A DNA stretch of 64,000 nt from Candidatus Berkelbacteria bacterium (GTDB lineage: Bacteria > Patescibacteriota > UBA1384 > DTJR01), in contig JAOUGE010000005.1 in assembly GCA_029865605.1 (NCBI GenBank), forward strand, positions 338-64,337, in the 5' to 3' direction. The stretch's first letter is position 1, and each line of letters opens with the position of its first letter. Shown one piece after another: positions 27,342 to 35,070 of this stretch. A program made the position numbers and the translations under genes. Under the pieces are notes generated by a model. It saw only the letters and a list, made by a program, of their open reading frames with translations. It had not been told where the DNA came from and made no database searches.

Positions 27342-28178
27342 ATGGATCGAATTCCCTTTACCGTTACAATGCGCAAGGACCTTTTAAAAAGGGTCGATTC
27401 TTTAGTTGATGGCACGCAAATCAGAAATCGTTCCCACGCTCTTGAATCAATTGTTTCGAGCCATTTCAGGCCGAAGATTAAAAAAGCTCTTATCTTAGCC
27501 GGCGGCGAAGGGATTAAGATAAAGCCATTCACCTATGAGCTCCCCAAGACAATGCTGCCAGTTAAGGGACGGCCGATTTTTGAATACATCCTCGACCTGC
27601 TTCAGAAACAGGAGGTAAAAGAAATTTATGTAGCCATCGGCCATTTGGGCGGGAAAATCAAGGGGCAGTTTGGCGACGGGGCAAAGTACTCTGTGGATAT
27701 TACCTATCTTGAAGAAAAGGGTAGTCTCGGCACCGGCGGTGCCTTAAAGGCCGCTCTTCCCAAGATGGGCGACGACCCTTTCTTGATGATTTGGGGCGAT
27801 GAGTTGATTGATATTGATCTTGGGGACATGATTGATTTTCATATGACGCAAAAGCCGGTTATGACAATTGCCTTGACTTCTGTTTCTGACCCGACGGGCT
27901 ATGGGGCGGTCAAGCTAAGACGGGATATGGTTGTTGAACATATTGAGAAACCGGCAAAAACCAAGGATGTATCTCATCTTGTCAGTGCCGGCGTTCATGT
28001 TGTTGATCCGAGAATTGCCAGTTTTTTGCCTCGAAAGAAAACTTTTATGCTGGAAAGCGACATTATGTCTCAGCTGACTAAAAAAGGCCAGATCCGAGGT
28101 TATCTTTTTGAAGGACAGTGGTTTGATGTAGGAACTCCCGAAATTTACCAACGGGCAATAAGAGAGTGGAGAGGGTAA
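27342..28178 (+). CDS. Sugar-phosphate nucleotidyltransferase with an N-terminal ribbon-helix-helix-like domain
   Basis: N-terminus IPFTVTMRKDLLKRVDSLV...RSHALESIV looks CopG/NikR-like. It is followed by ALILAGGEGIKIKPFTYELPKTMLPV, an NTP-transferase G-rich loop. Confidence 0.65.
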   Translation: MDRIPFTVTMRKDLLKRVDSLVDGTQIRNRSHALESIVSSHFRPKIKKALILAGGEGIKIKPFTYELPKTMLPVKGRPIFEYILDLLQKQEVKEIYVAIGHLGGKIKGQFGDGAKYSVDITYLEEKGSLGTGGALKAALPKMGDDPFLMIWGDELIDIDLGDMIDFHMTQKPVMTIALTSVSDPTGYGAVKLRRDMVVEHIEKPAKTKDVSHLVSAGVHVVDPRIASFLPRKKTFMLESDIMSQLTKKGQIRGYLFEGQWFDVGTPEIYQRAIREWRG

Positions 28179-28282
28179 ATTCTGTATCTTGTATTTTGTA
28201 TCAGGTATCTAGTATTGAACGGTGAATACATGATACATGCTACTTGATACATGATACTTTTTCTTGTACAATCTAACCTGAT

Positions 28283-28368
28283 GCCGAGGTGGTGGAATTG
28301 GTATACACGATAGCTTGAGGAGCTATGCTCGCAAGAGCGTGCAGGTTCGAGTCCTGTCCTCGGCACCA
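28283..28368 (+). tRNA. tRNA-Leu (GAG), class II
   Basis: GCCGAGG/CCTCGGC acceptor stem, anticodon loop CTTGAGGAG, variable arm, T-arm GCAGG-TTCGAGT-CCTGT, encoded CCA. Confidence 0.9.
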
Positions 28369-28523
28369 AGCAGAACTGCCCTTGTGGCAGTTTTTTGCTT
28401 GGTGCCCCGTGGACTCGAAGGCCGGACCTCGCCACGGCGGGGGTTCGAGGGGTGGCACCTGAGAAGGGTCGCGAGGCCCGCCAGCAGGCGGGAACTTGTG
28501 ACCGAGTCCTGTCCTCGGCACCA
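28369..28523 (+). repeat. tRNA-3'-flank structured element, copy D
   Basis: TGCTTGGTGCC-CCGT-GGACTCGAA is antisense of the CCA end and T-loop. It is followed by GGCCGGA, hairpin CCTCGC-CACG-GCGGGG, an extra segment TTCGAGGGGTGGCACC, GAGAAGGGTCG, hairpin CCCGCC-AGCA-GGCGGG and GTGAC. It ends in a 21-nt exact repeat (28503-28523 = 28348-28368). Confidence 0.85.
28375..28396 (+). terminator. Terminator-like hairpin between tRNA-Leu(GAG) and the antisense arm of element D
   Basis: ACTGCC-CTTG-TGGCAGT followed by TTTTTT. Confidence 0.65.
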
Positions 28524-28530
28524 CAAAGAT

Positions 28531-28550
28531 CCCGCTTTAGCGGGGTTTTT
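28531..28550 (+). terminator. Intrinsic terminator after element D
   Basis: CCCGC-TTTA-GCGGG followed by GTTTTT. Confidence 0.7.
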
Positions 28551-28616
28551 CTATGTATTAGGGTTGAAAAATTTTGTGAAAAAAGCTAAAATTACTCCAG
28601 AAGGTCGATAACTTAA

Positions 28617-28868
28617 ATGGAGATGAATATGGCAGACACAAAAATTGGTGTGATAACACACTACTTTGACAAAATTGGGGTTGGGATCATCAAGCTTGAG
28701 GCGCCGCTAAAGAAAGGCGAAACAATTAAGATTGGCGAGGTGGAACAAGTAGTTGATTCAATGCAGGTTGACCATAAGGATATTGATGAAGGCCAACCGG
28801 GTCAGGAAGTCGGCGTCAAAGTCAGCGCCAAGGTTCGCGAAGGCGAGGAAGTTTATAAGGTAGAGTAG
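28617..28868 (+). CDS. Small beta-barrel protein resembling translation-factor domain II
   Basis: 83 aa: IGVITHYFDKIGVGIIKLEAPLKKGETIKIG...GQEVGVKV. Three in-frame ATGs at the start leave the start ambiguous. Confidence 0.5.
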   Translation: MEMNMADTKIGVITHYFDKIGVGIIKLEAPLKKGETIKIGEVEQVVDSMQVDHKDIDEGQPGQEVGVKVSAKVREGEEVYKVE

Positions 28869-28930
28869 GGGGCGGCTAGCTTGGGCTAGAAGCTCATCGG
28901 CCTTTGGCTGACAGCGGGATTTTTAGATGT

Positions 28931-29005
28931 GGGCGGTTAGCTCAACGGTAGAGCATTTGGTTTACATCCAAGGGGTTAAAGGTTCGAATCCTTTACCGCC
29001 CACCA
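28931..29005 (+). tRNA. tRNA-Val (UAC)
   Basis: GGGCGGT/ACCGCCC acceptor stem, anticodon loop TTTACAT, T-arm AAAGG-TTCGAAT-CCTTT, encoded CCA. No flank element; tRNA-Phe follows 25 nt later. Confidence 0.9.
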
Positions 29006-29030
29006 TCGGCTTGCATGAATGGTTTGAAAC

Positions 29031-29106
29031 GCCGGGGTAGCTCAGTGGTTAGAGCACTGGTCTGAAAAACCAGGTGTCGACAGTTCGATTCTGTCCCCCG
29101 GCACCA
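29031..29106 (+). tRNA. tRNA-Phe (GAA)
   Basis: GCCGGGG/CCCCGGC acceptor stem, anticodon arm CTGGT-CTGAAAA-ACCAG, T-arm GACAG-TTCGATT-CTGTC, encoded CCA. Confidence 0.9.
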
Positions 29107-29240
29107 GGCGGAATTGCGAAGCAATTATTTGACTGGTGCGGCGAACCGAGAATCGAAGGCCGGAGCGCGACGGCGCGAGGCGGGGTCGAGCGCAAAATCA
29201 GCAGATTTTGACGGGTGACCGATTCTGTCCCCCGGCACCA
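29107..29240 (+). repeat. tRNA-3'-flank structured element, copy E
   Basis: Hairpin AATTGC-GAA-GCAATT, then CTGGTGC-GGCGAACCG-AGAATCGAA (antisense), GGCCGGA, hairpin GCGC-GACG-GCGC, GAGGCGGGGTCG, hairpin CAAAATC-AGCA-GATTTTG and GTGAC. It ends in a 21-nt exact repeat (29220-29240 = 29086-29106). Confidence 0.85.
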
Positions 29241-29443
29241 TCGCGTATGTCCTCATCTGCCAGAAAAGGTAGATGTGGAGACGCGATTTGACGGGGGCGG
29301 CAGGTCGATAACCTGAGAACCTGCCGACAAGAATCGAAACGCGCAGGCTCGACGGAGCCGAGCGGGGGTCGCGAGGCCCGCCAGCAGGCGGGAACTTGTG
29401 ACCGATTTCCTGCCTGCCGGCAGGCAGGTGTCCCTCTGCACCA
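29241..29443 (+). repeat. tRNA-3'-flank structured element, copy F (tandem, diverged, with a palindrome insert)
   Basis: Second unit directly after copy E: AGAATCGAA, hairpin GGCTC-GACG-GAGCC and GAGCGGGGGTCG. Hairpin 2 is identical to that of copy D. After GTGAC comes a Phe-like 3' end, GATT[CCTGCCTGCCGGCAGGCAGG palindrome]TGTCCCTCTGCACCA. Confidence 0.75.
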
Positions 29444-29469
29444 CTTACCCCGCATGAGCGGGGTTCAAT

Positions 29470-29943
29470 GTGAAATTAAAAATGCAAAACGTCACGGCTT
29501 TTTTGGGTGAAATATTCAGCTTTTTCAAAGAAAAAGTTTTTGATTTTGAGAAGTTTTTTAGTTGGGGTTATCTTAATGCGTCAGCGTCCACAATTCTCCG
29601 GTATTGGATAGTTTACGTCGTGATTTTTGCTCTTTTAATAGTGGTCGGACTATTTATTCAGTTTTATTTTGGGCGCAAAACCCTGCCGAAATTCAGAAAA
29701 AAATTTTATAAGCGTTTGGGCGACTTTCTCGTTTACCCGCCGCTTGTTTATCTTTTTCTTATCACTGTAAGAAGGGCCGGGCTGGAAGGCTTGAATAAGA
29801 GGATTCTTCCAGTTTCTCTTGCGCTTATATGGTTGATTTGGCTGGGCTTTCTGGTATACTACAGAATAGCCGTTGTTTCAAAACTCCAAAAGATGTATTT
29901 GGAACAGCGGAGAAAGGAAAAATATATAAGAAATGGTAGTTAA
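29470..29943 (+). CDS. Hypothetical membrane protein
   Basis: 157-aa ORF with 3-4 TM helices. Confidence 0.45.
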   Translation: MKLKMQNVTAFLGEIFSFFKEKVFDFEKFFSWGYLNASASTILRYWIVYVVIFALLIVVGLFIQFYFGRKTLPKFRKKFYKRLGDFLVYPPLVYLFLITVRRAGLEGLNKRILPVSLALIWLIWLGFLVYYRIAVVSKLQKMYLEQRRKEKYIRNGS

Positions 29944-31018
29944 ATCGAAGGATGTTACGGAAGAGAAGGCAGGACCAATGGACGCTCTGATCGAGGAACA
30001 CGACGGGGATTTGGTCCCTTTTAATGCTGGAGACGTTGTTGACTGCAAGGTGATTCAAGTTTCTCGCTCCAGAGTCTTATGTGATGTGGGCGGTTTAACC
30101 TATGGCTTTGTACCGGAAAAAGAATTTTCCTTTGACACAAAGGATTTAAAGCCCGGCGATGTTATCTCGGCTAATGTGATGGCAATGGAAAACAAAGACG
30201 GCTATGTTGTTTTGAGCCTTCGGCGTGCCGATAGAAATCGTCTTTGGGGAGTCTTGACTGAGAAGAAGGACAAAGGCGTCTTGGTTGATGTCAAGGTTGT
30301 TGGTGCCAATCGCGGAGGACTGATGGTTGAAGCCGGCGGGATTCAGGGCTTTTTGCCGGTCTCCCAGCTTTCGGTTGAGCACTATCCTCGGGTTGAAGGC
30401 GGCGATCCCAACCAGATCTTACAGAGACTAAGGAAGCTGGTAGGCGAGGCTCTTCAAGTGAAGATAATCTCCGTAGATAAAAATGAGGAAAAGCTGATTT
30501 TTTCTGAAAAACAGGCGGTTAGCGAGTCGATCGGCGACCTTGGCGAGCAATTTAGCGTTGGTCAGGTGGTCGAAGGCACGATAACCGGCATCGCTCCGTT
30601 TGGCCTGTTTGTAAATCTCGGCGGCATCGAAGGTTTAATTCATATTTCGGAGGTTTCTTGGGATCATGTTGATGACTTGTCGGGGATGTACAAGGTAGGG
30701 CAGAAAGTCAAGGCGAAGGTAGCAAAGATTGAAAATGGGCGGATATCCCTCTCGCTTAAGAGACTCTTGCCTGATCCTTGGATTGAAGAGATGAAAAAGC
30801 TGAAAGTCGGTGAGAAAGTTGAGGGAGAGATAACCAGAGTTACTGCCTATGGCGCCTTCGTCAGGTTGAAGAATAATTTAGATGGTTTGGTCCATGCCTC
30901 TCAAGTTGGGGGAGATGTTGCTAAGATTAAGGCATTACAGGTTGGTGACAAGAGGCGATTTGAGGTTATCGAGTTGAAGCCGGAGTCCCGAAGAATAGGG
31001 TTGAGGCTTTTAGAATAA
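29933..31018 (+). CDS. rpsA: 30S ribosomal protein S1 (short, four S1 domains)
   Basis: Repeated S1 OB-fold motifs: GDVVDCKVIQV, GFLPVSQLS, GQVVEGTITGIAPFGLFVNL, GEKVEGEITRVTAYGAFVRL. Confidence 0.85.
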   Translation: MVVKSKDVTEEKAGPMDALIEEHDGDLVPFNAGDVVDCKVIQVSRSRVLCDVGGLTYGFVPEKEFSFDTKDLKPGDVISANVMAMENKDGYVVLSLRRADRNRLWGVLTEKKDKGVLVDVKVVGANRGGLMVEAGGIQGFLPVSQLSVEHYPRVEGGDPNQILQRLRKLVGEALQVKIISVDKNEEKLIFSEKQAVSESIGDLGEQFSVGQVVEGTITGIAPFGLFVNLGGIEGLIHISEVSWDHVDDLSGMYKVGQKVKAKVAKIENGRISLSLKRLLPDPWIEEMKKLKVGEKVEGEITRVTAYGAFVRLKNNLDGLVHASQVGGDVAKIKALQVGDKRRFEVIELKPESRRIGLRLLE

Positions 31019-31162
31019 TGCGGAGGGCTAAAATGCCCGGAAAGTTTGGAAAATAGCGCTTCTGTCCGCTTAAAGGGGTGGATAGGGCGCTGTTTTCAAA
31101 GGCAAGCAGCTTGACATTAAACCCGCTTCAGCGGGTCAAGTGCCTGTAAGGAGGCCGCTAAG

Positions 31163-33031
31163 ATGCGCCCGAAACTGGTAGTAGTTCTTACTGTCTTTGC
31201 GGCCGCGCTAGCGGCCGCCACGGTTAACGCAGACGTCGTCGTGGCCATTCATGGCCACTCGAACTTCTCGGATGGTATGAAGCCCCTGCGCGAGACGTAC
31301 GTCGAAATGTGCTCGGGCGGGGCCGAGGTGGCGATCGTAACCGACCATACCGAGGTGATCGATCTGCCGCAGATTCCCGCTTCTTTTCTCAAGATGGAGT
31401 TTGCCAGGTACAGCCATTGGGAAATGGCTTCTGGCGCACTCCTGAAGGAGGCGGGACTGGCCAACTGGAAGGCGGCCTACCGGAGTCTCCAGACCGAGAG
31501 GGTGGTAGTGATCCCGGCAATGGAGGTCGGGCTAGTAGCCCGAAAGACGGATGCGTTGTGGGATCGCCGCTGCCACTTCCTGTTCATCGGCGGGTCGGTC
31601 GAGGATAACACCTACGATCAAGTGATGCAGTGGGCATCGGCCTATACCACCGAGAAAGGGGCGGTGGAATGTCTCAAGAAACTCACCGCCCTGGCACAGG
31701 AGCGCGGTGCGTTGCTTGTTGCTGCTCATCCAACTAACTCAGGCTGGCTGATAGACTCTAGCCTTCTTGAGTTGGTGAACGGGATTGAGGCAATGAATCA
31801 CGATCTCCTCCCTGGCGCCAGCATAAGAGGAGATACTCCCGAGAACCTCCTCAAGACAATGCCGGCGGTTCCTTCTTCCCCTGTGGTAACGGCGGGGCTG
31901 GACTGGCACGGTGTCATCGGCCAGTCGGGATTCAGGGACATTTTCCGGCGCTTCACTGTCGTCCTGACAGACGAGAGGACACCAACGGGAATTGTGGGCG
32001 CTCTTCAAGCGCGGCGAAGTTATGCCGCTCTCGGCGACGCTCGGATCACCCGCGGCAAGGAGCTCATCGGCGGCGAGGTCGGCTTCGACCAGCCGTTTGA
32101 GATGGGCTTCGAGGGGGTAAGGGGCAACAAGGCCTGGCTCGTCTGCCGCTCGAGCGATAGTGCCTACCGCGAGTTCAAGCCAGTCTCGCTTAAGAGCGGC
32201 ACTCTCAACATCAAGAACCTCGGGAAGGCCCTGGGGCCAGCGATGACGTCCGGCGGCTGGATCGTCGTTGCTGCCCCTGCTGGCACGCCCCAGATCATCA
32301 CCTCCGGCATCAAGGTCAATCCGGCCGAAGCCGGCGGTGGCGAACCCTCCTTCGTCTTCTACGACAAGCCGCTCGGCCCTGGACAGCTGGCTAGGCCCAA
32401 GAAACCTGGCTTCTGGGATCAGGTCCGAGGGGGGCTGGGAGATATCGTTGCGGGAGCGCTCTCCGGTGGGATGGATCTACCTGGGATGCGCATCCGCATT
32501 ACTCCGGGCAGTAGCATGCCGGGCGAAGGCATACCGCAAGTGCCAGCCGGGGGCACAGTACCCCAGGGCGGGCAGGCCGGGCTCGGTGAGGATTTCAGCA
32601 ACTGGCCGATGGAGTATAGCGGGGTGCACCCCACCGCGCGGGGACAAACCCGCGATCAGGTTGTAGCGACCCTCTACGTGAACCCAGAGGCGCAGCAGGG
32701 GCTGCTTGCGTTCCAACTCAACGATCTGCAGCAGCAGATCCCAGTTACGCTGCCCGGCGTGTTCGGTAACGGAGGCTTCTGGCGATCCTCTTGGCAGTCG
32801 AAGCTCCCGTCTCGTCCGAGGTTTATGCATCCCCAACCCAGTTCACTCGGGGGGGGTCCGCGACCTGCCTGCCTTGAGGGTTGGCATCTCGGTCACAGTT
32901 ACAGGGATAAGAACGACCCCGCTACATACCACTTCGATCTGACTCTTAGAGCCCTTGCCGATGTACCTGAGCGTGTGCCTGTCGCGGTAGGGTACTGGGA
33001 GATGCGCATGGAGCTTCTCCGCGTCCGCTAG
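31163..33031 (+). CDS. GC-rich secreted PHP-domain protein with a G/P-rich C-terminal region (islet 4)
   Basis: AAGGAGG lies 7 nt upstream of the ATG. Signal peptide MRPKLVVVLTVFAAALAAATVNA. PHP-type metal motifs HGHSNFSDG and IVTDH. Composition is far more GC-rich than the flanks. Confidence 0.7.
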   Translation: MRPKLVVVLTVFAAALAAATVNADVVVAIHGHSNFSDGMKPLRETYVEMCSGGAEVAIVTDHTEVIDLPQIPASFLKMEFARYSHWEMASGALLKEAGLANWKAAYRSLQTERVVVIPAMEVGLVARKTDALWDRRCHFLFIGGSVEDNTYDQVMQWASAYTTEKGAVECLKKLTALAQERGALLVAAHPTNSGWLIDSSLLELVNGIEAMNHDLLPGASIRGDTPENLLKTMPAVPSSPVVTAGLDWHGVIGQSGFRDIFRRFTVVLTDERTPTGIVGALQARRSYAALGDARITRGKELIGGEVGFDQPFEMGFEGVRGNKAWLVCRSSDSAYREFKPVSLKSGTLNIKNLGKALGPAMTSGGWIVVAAPAGTPQIITSGIKVNPAEAGGGEPSFVFYDKPLGPGQLARPKKPGFWDQVRGGLGDIVAGALSGGMDLPGMRIRITPGSSMPGEGIPQVPAGGTVPQGGQAGLGEDFSNWPMEYSGVHPTARGQTRDQVVATLYVNPEAQQGLLAFQLNDLQQQIPVTLPGVFGNGGFWRSSWQSKLPSRPRFMHPQPSSLGGGPRPACLEGWHLGHSYRDKNDPATYHFDLTLRALADVPERVPVAVGYWEMRMELLRVR

Positions 33032-33058
33032 GCCAGCAGGCCGAGCGGACCTGAACTC

Positions 33059-33109
33059 AAGGGGGCCCTCACGGGCCCCCTTCGACGTTTGCGCCAAGGC
33101 GCTATTTTT
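33059..33109 (+). terminator. Tandem hairpins closing islet 4
   Basis: AAGGGGGCCC-TCAC-GGGCCCCCTT, then GCGCC-AA-GGCGC followed by TATTTTT. Confidence 0.7.
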
Positions 33110-33144
33110 GCTAGAATAAGACCTCAATCAAATTAAAAAAAGCG

Positions 33145-33624
33145 ATGCAAATTCAAAAGAACAAAGATGGGAATCTCGAGATAAAGTCTAAAAAAGCCAC
33201 CGTTGTGTTTGATGGAAAGGTTGTCGTAAATGATGTTGAGCTTGAAGGTGCGGGCGAATATGAAGTTGGAGAGATTGCAATCGAAGGGATTGACGACGAC
33301 ATTTATATTTTTCAAATCGAGGATGTTGTCTTGGGTTCGGTCAATTTCAAATCTAAGATTACTAAGGAAAATGTCGAAAGATTGGCCAACTGCGACGCGG
33401 TTTTAGTGCGGCTTGACGGCAAAGTTCATGAGGCGGTAGAGCAGGCCGGGCAAATTCAGCCGGACACCATAATTTATGCCGGGACTTCTCGATCGGCAAC
33501 AGAGCTTAAATCAAGCGGGGTTTCTTTTACAAAATCGGATTCGATTAAACTAAGCAAGGCGGATATTGGACAGGAAAAATCGTATTTCCTCGAACTAGCA
33601 GATGGTAATGGTCAAAACCTTTGA
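33145..33624 (+). CDS. Hypothetical protein
   Basis: 159-aa ORF with host-like composition. No motif recognised with confidence. Confidence 0.45.
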   Translation: MQIQKNKDGNLEIKSKKATVVFDGKVVVNDVELEGAGEYEVGEIAIEGIDDDIYIFQIEDVVLGSVNFKSKITKENVERLANCDAVLVRLDGKVHEAVEQAGQIQPDTIIYAGTSRSATELKSSGVSFTKSDSIKLSKADIGQEKSYFLELADGNGQNL

Positions 33625-34570
33625 GAAGATCCTAGCTGTTTTCGAAAAATCTGAGAGGGTTTTGATTCTGCTGCACCTTTATCCAGACGGAGATACTGTG
33701 GCGTCGTCCTTGGCTCTGGCGACTTTTCTGAAAAGGAGAGGCATACTTGCTGATTGCGCAGTTAGAGGGGAAATACCCAAGCCCTTTCATTTCTTGCCCG
33801 GCGTTGATTCTATCAGGCATGATTTTCTACTCGGCGATTATGATGTAGTCGTCGCTGTTGATTGTGGTGATGCCCAGCGCACCGGTTTTCCGGTCCGTCT
33901 TGAGCAGATTTGCAAATCAAGAACATTTATTAATATTGATCATCACAACAAAAATAACTTGCATAGAATTGCTAAGATAAATCTGGTTGACAAGGGGGCT
34001 TCTGCGGCAGCAGAAATTATCTGGGACTTTTTAAAATTTGCCGGAGCGGAAATTGACAGCAAGATGGCGACATATATTTTGTCGGGGATATATTTTGACA
34101 CGGGCGGATTTCAACACTCGAACGTTACGACAAGAACTCTTGAAGTGGCATCGGATTGCTTGCGCCTTGGGGCAAGAATTTCAGCGATAACGGCGAATAT
34201 AAATGGAACGAAAACTTCATCAGCATTGAAGCTTTGGGGAATGGCACTGAAGAGGATGAGAATAAGCAGAAGTGGTATAGCAAGTTCTATTTTAACCCAG
34301 GAGGACTTAAAGGTTTGCCGGGCGAAAGCTGAAGATGCTTCAGGAGTTGTTAATTTGATAAGCTCGGTGCCTCAAGCCAAGCTGGCAATCTTGTTCTTAG
34401 AGAATCCTGATGGTAAAATTAAAGCCAGCTTGCGGACTGATTCGGTCAAGGTTGATGTGGCTCAATTCGCTCGTCTTTTCGGCGGCGGAGGGCACAAAAA
34501 AGCAGCTGGGTTTACAATAGAAGGGAAGCTGGTTGAAAAAACCGGAAAGTGGGGGATAGCGGAGGGGTGA
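33602..34570 (+). CDS. nrnA: DHH/DHHA1 phosphoesterase (NrnA-like oligoribonuclease / pAp phosphatase)
   Basis: HLYPDGDTVASSLAL, NIDHHNKN, and GGGHKKAAGF motifs. Confidence 0.85.
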   Translation: MVMVKTFEKILAVFEKSERVLILLHLYPDGDTVASSLALATFLKRRGILADCAVRGEIPKPFHFLPGVDSIRHDFLLGDYDVVVAVDCGDAQRTGFPVRLEQICKSRTFINIDHHNKNNLHRIAKINLVDKGASAAAEIIWDFLKFAGAEIDSKMATYILSGIYFDTGGFQHSNVTTRTLEVASDCLRLGARISAITANINGTKTSSALKLWGMALKRMRISRSGIASSILTQEDLKVCRAKAEDASGVVNLISSVPQAKLAILFLENPDGKIKASLRTDSVKVDVAQFARLFGGGGHKKAAGFTIEGKLVEKTGKWGIAEG

Positions 34571-34577
34571 AGAATCT

Positions 34578-34663
34578 GGGCGAGTGGTGGAATGGTATAC
34601 ACGTTGGACTTAAAATCCAATGGTCGCAAGACCATGTGGGTTCGAATCCCACCTCGCCCACCA
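34578..34663 (+). tRNA. tRNA-Leu (UAA), class II
   Basis: GGGCGAG/CTCGCCC acceptor stem, anticodon loop CTTAAAA, variable arm, T-arm GTGGG-TTCGAAT-CCCAC, encoded CCA. Confidence 0.9.
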
Positions 34664-34790
34664 GGTTGTTTTTTGGTGAACAGGGGGGATTCGAAAGCCG
34701 GACCAGCCCAGGGCTGGGAGACGGGGTCGCACAAAAATTCAGCAGAATTTTATGAGTGACCGAATCCCACCTCGCCCACCAGGTTGTTTT
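34664..34790 (+). repeat. tRNA-3'-flank structured element, copy G
   Basis: TGGTG-AACAGGG-GGGATTCGAA (antisense), then AGCCGGA, hairpin CCAGCC-CAG-GGCTGG, GAGACGGGGTCG, hairpin AAAATTC-AGCA-GAATTTT and GTGAC. It ends in a 30-nt exact repeat (34761-34790 = 34643-34672). Confidence 0.85.
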
Positions 34791-34829
34791 CGGTAGCCTA
34801 TCGTTTAACATTAAATCTGAAGGAGGCAA

Positions 34830-35069
34830 ATGGCAGAAACTAGTGCAAGGAGTCTAACCAAGGCGATTAGCTGGCGTATTTTTGCCACCATTGCCACGGT
34901 GATTATAGTTTATGTTTTTACTGGGGAGTTAATTTTATCCTTGGGCGTTGGCTTGGCCGATATTCTTATAAAGCTGGTCCTTTATTATTTTCATGAGAGG
35001 ATTTGGAACTGCGTAAAATTTGGTAGAGTTGGCGAAAAGTCTGACGGACAAAAGAGAACACCCTACTAG
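34830..35069 (+). CDS. Small membrane protein (DUF2061-like)
   Basis: KAISWRIFATIATVIIVYVFTGE...LVLYYFHERIWN pattern. Confidence 0.55.
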   Translation: MAETSARSLTKAISWRIFATIATVIIVYVFTGELILSLGVGLADILIKLVLYYFHERIWNCVKFGRVGEKSDGQKRTPY

Positions 35070-35070
35070 T

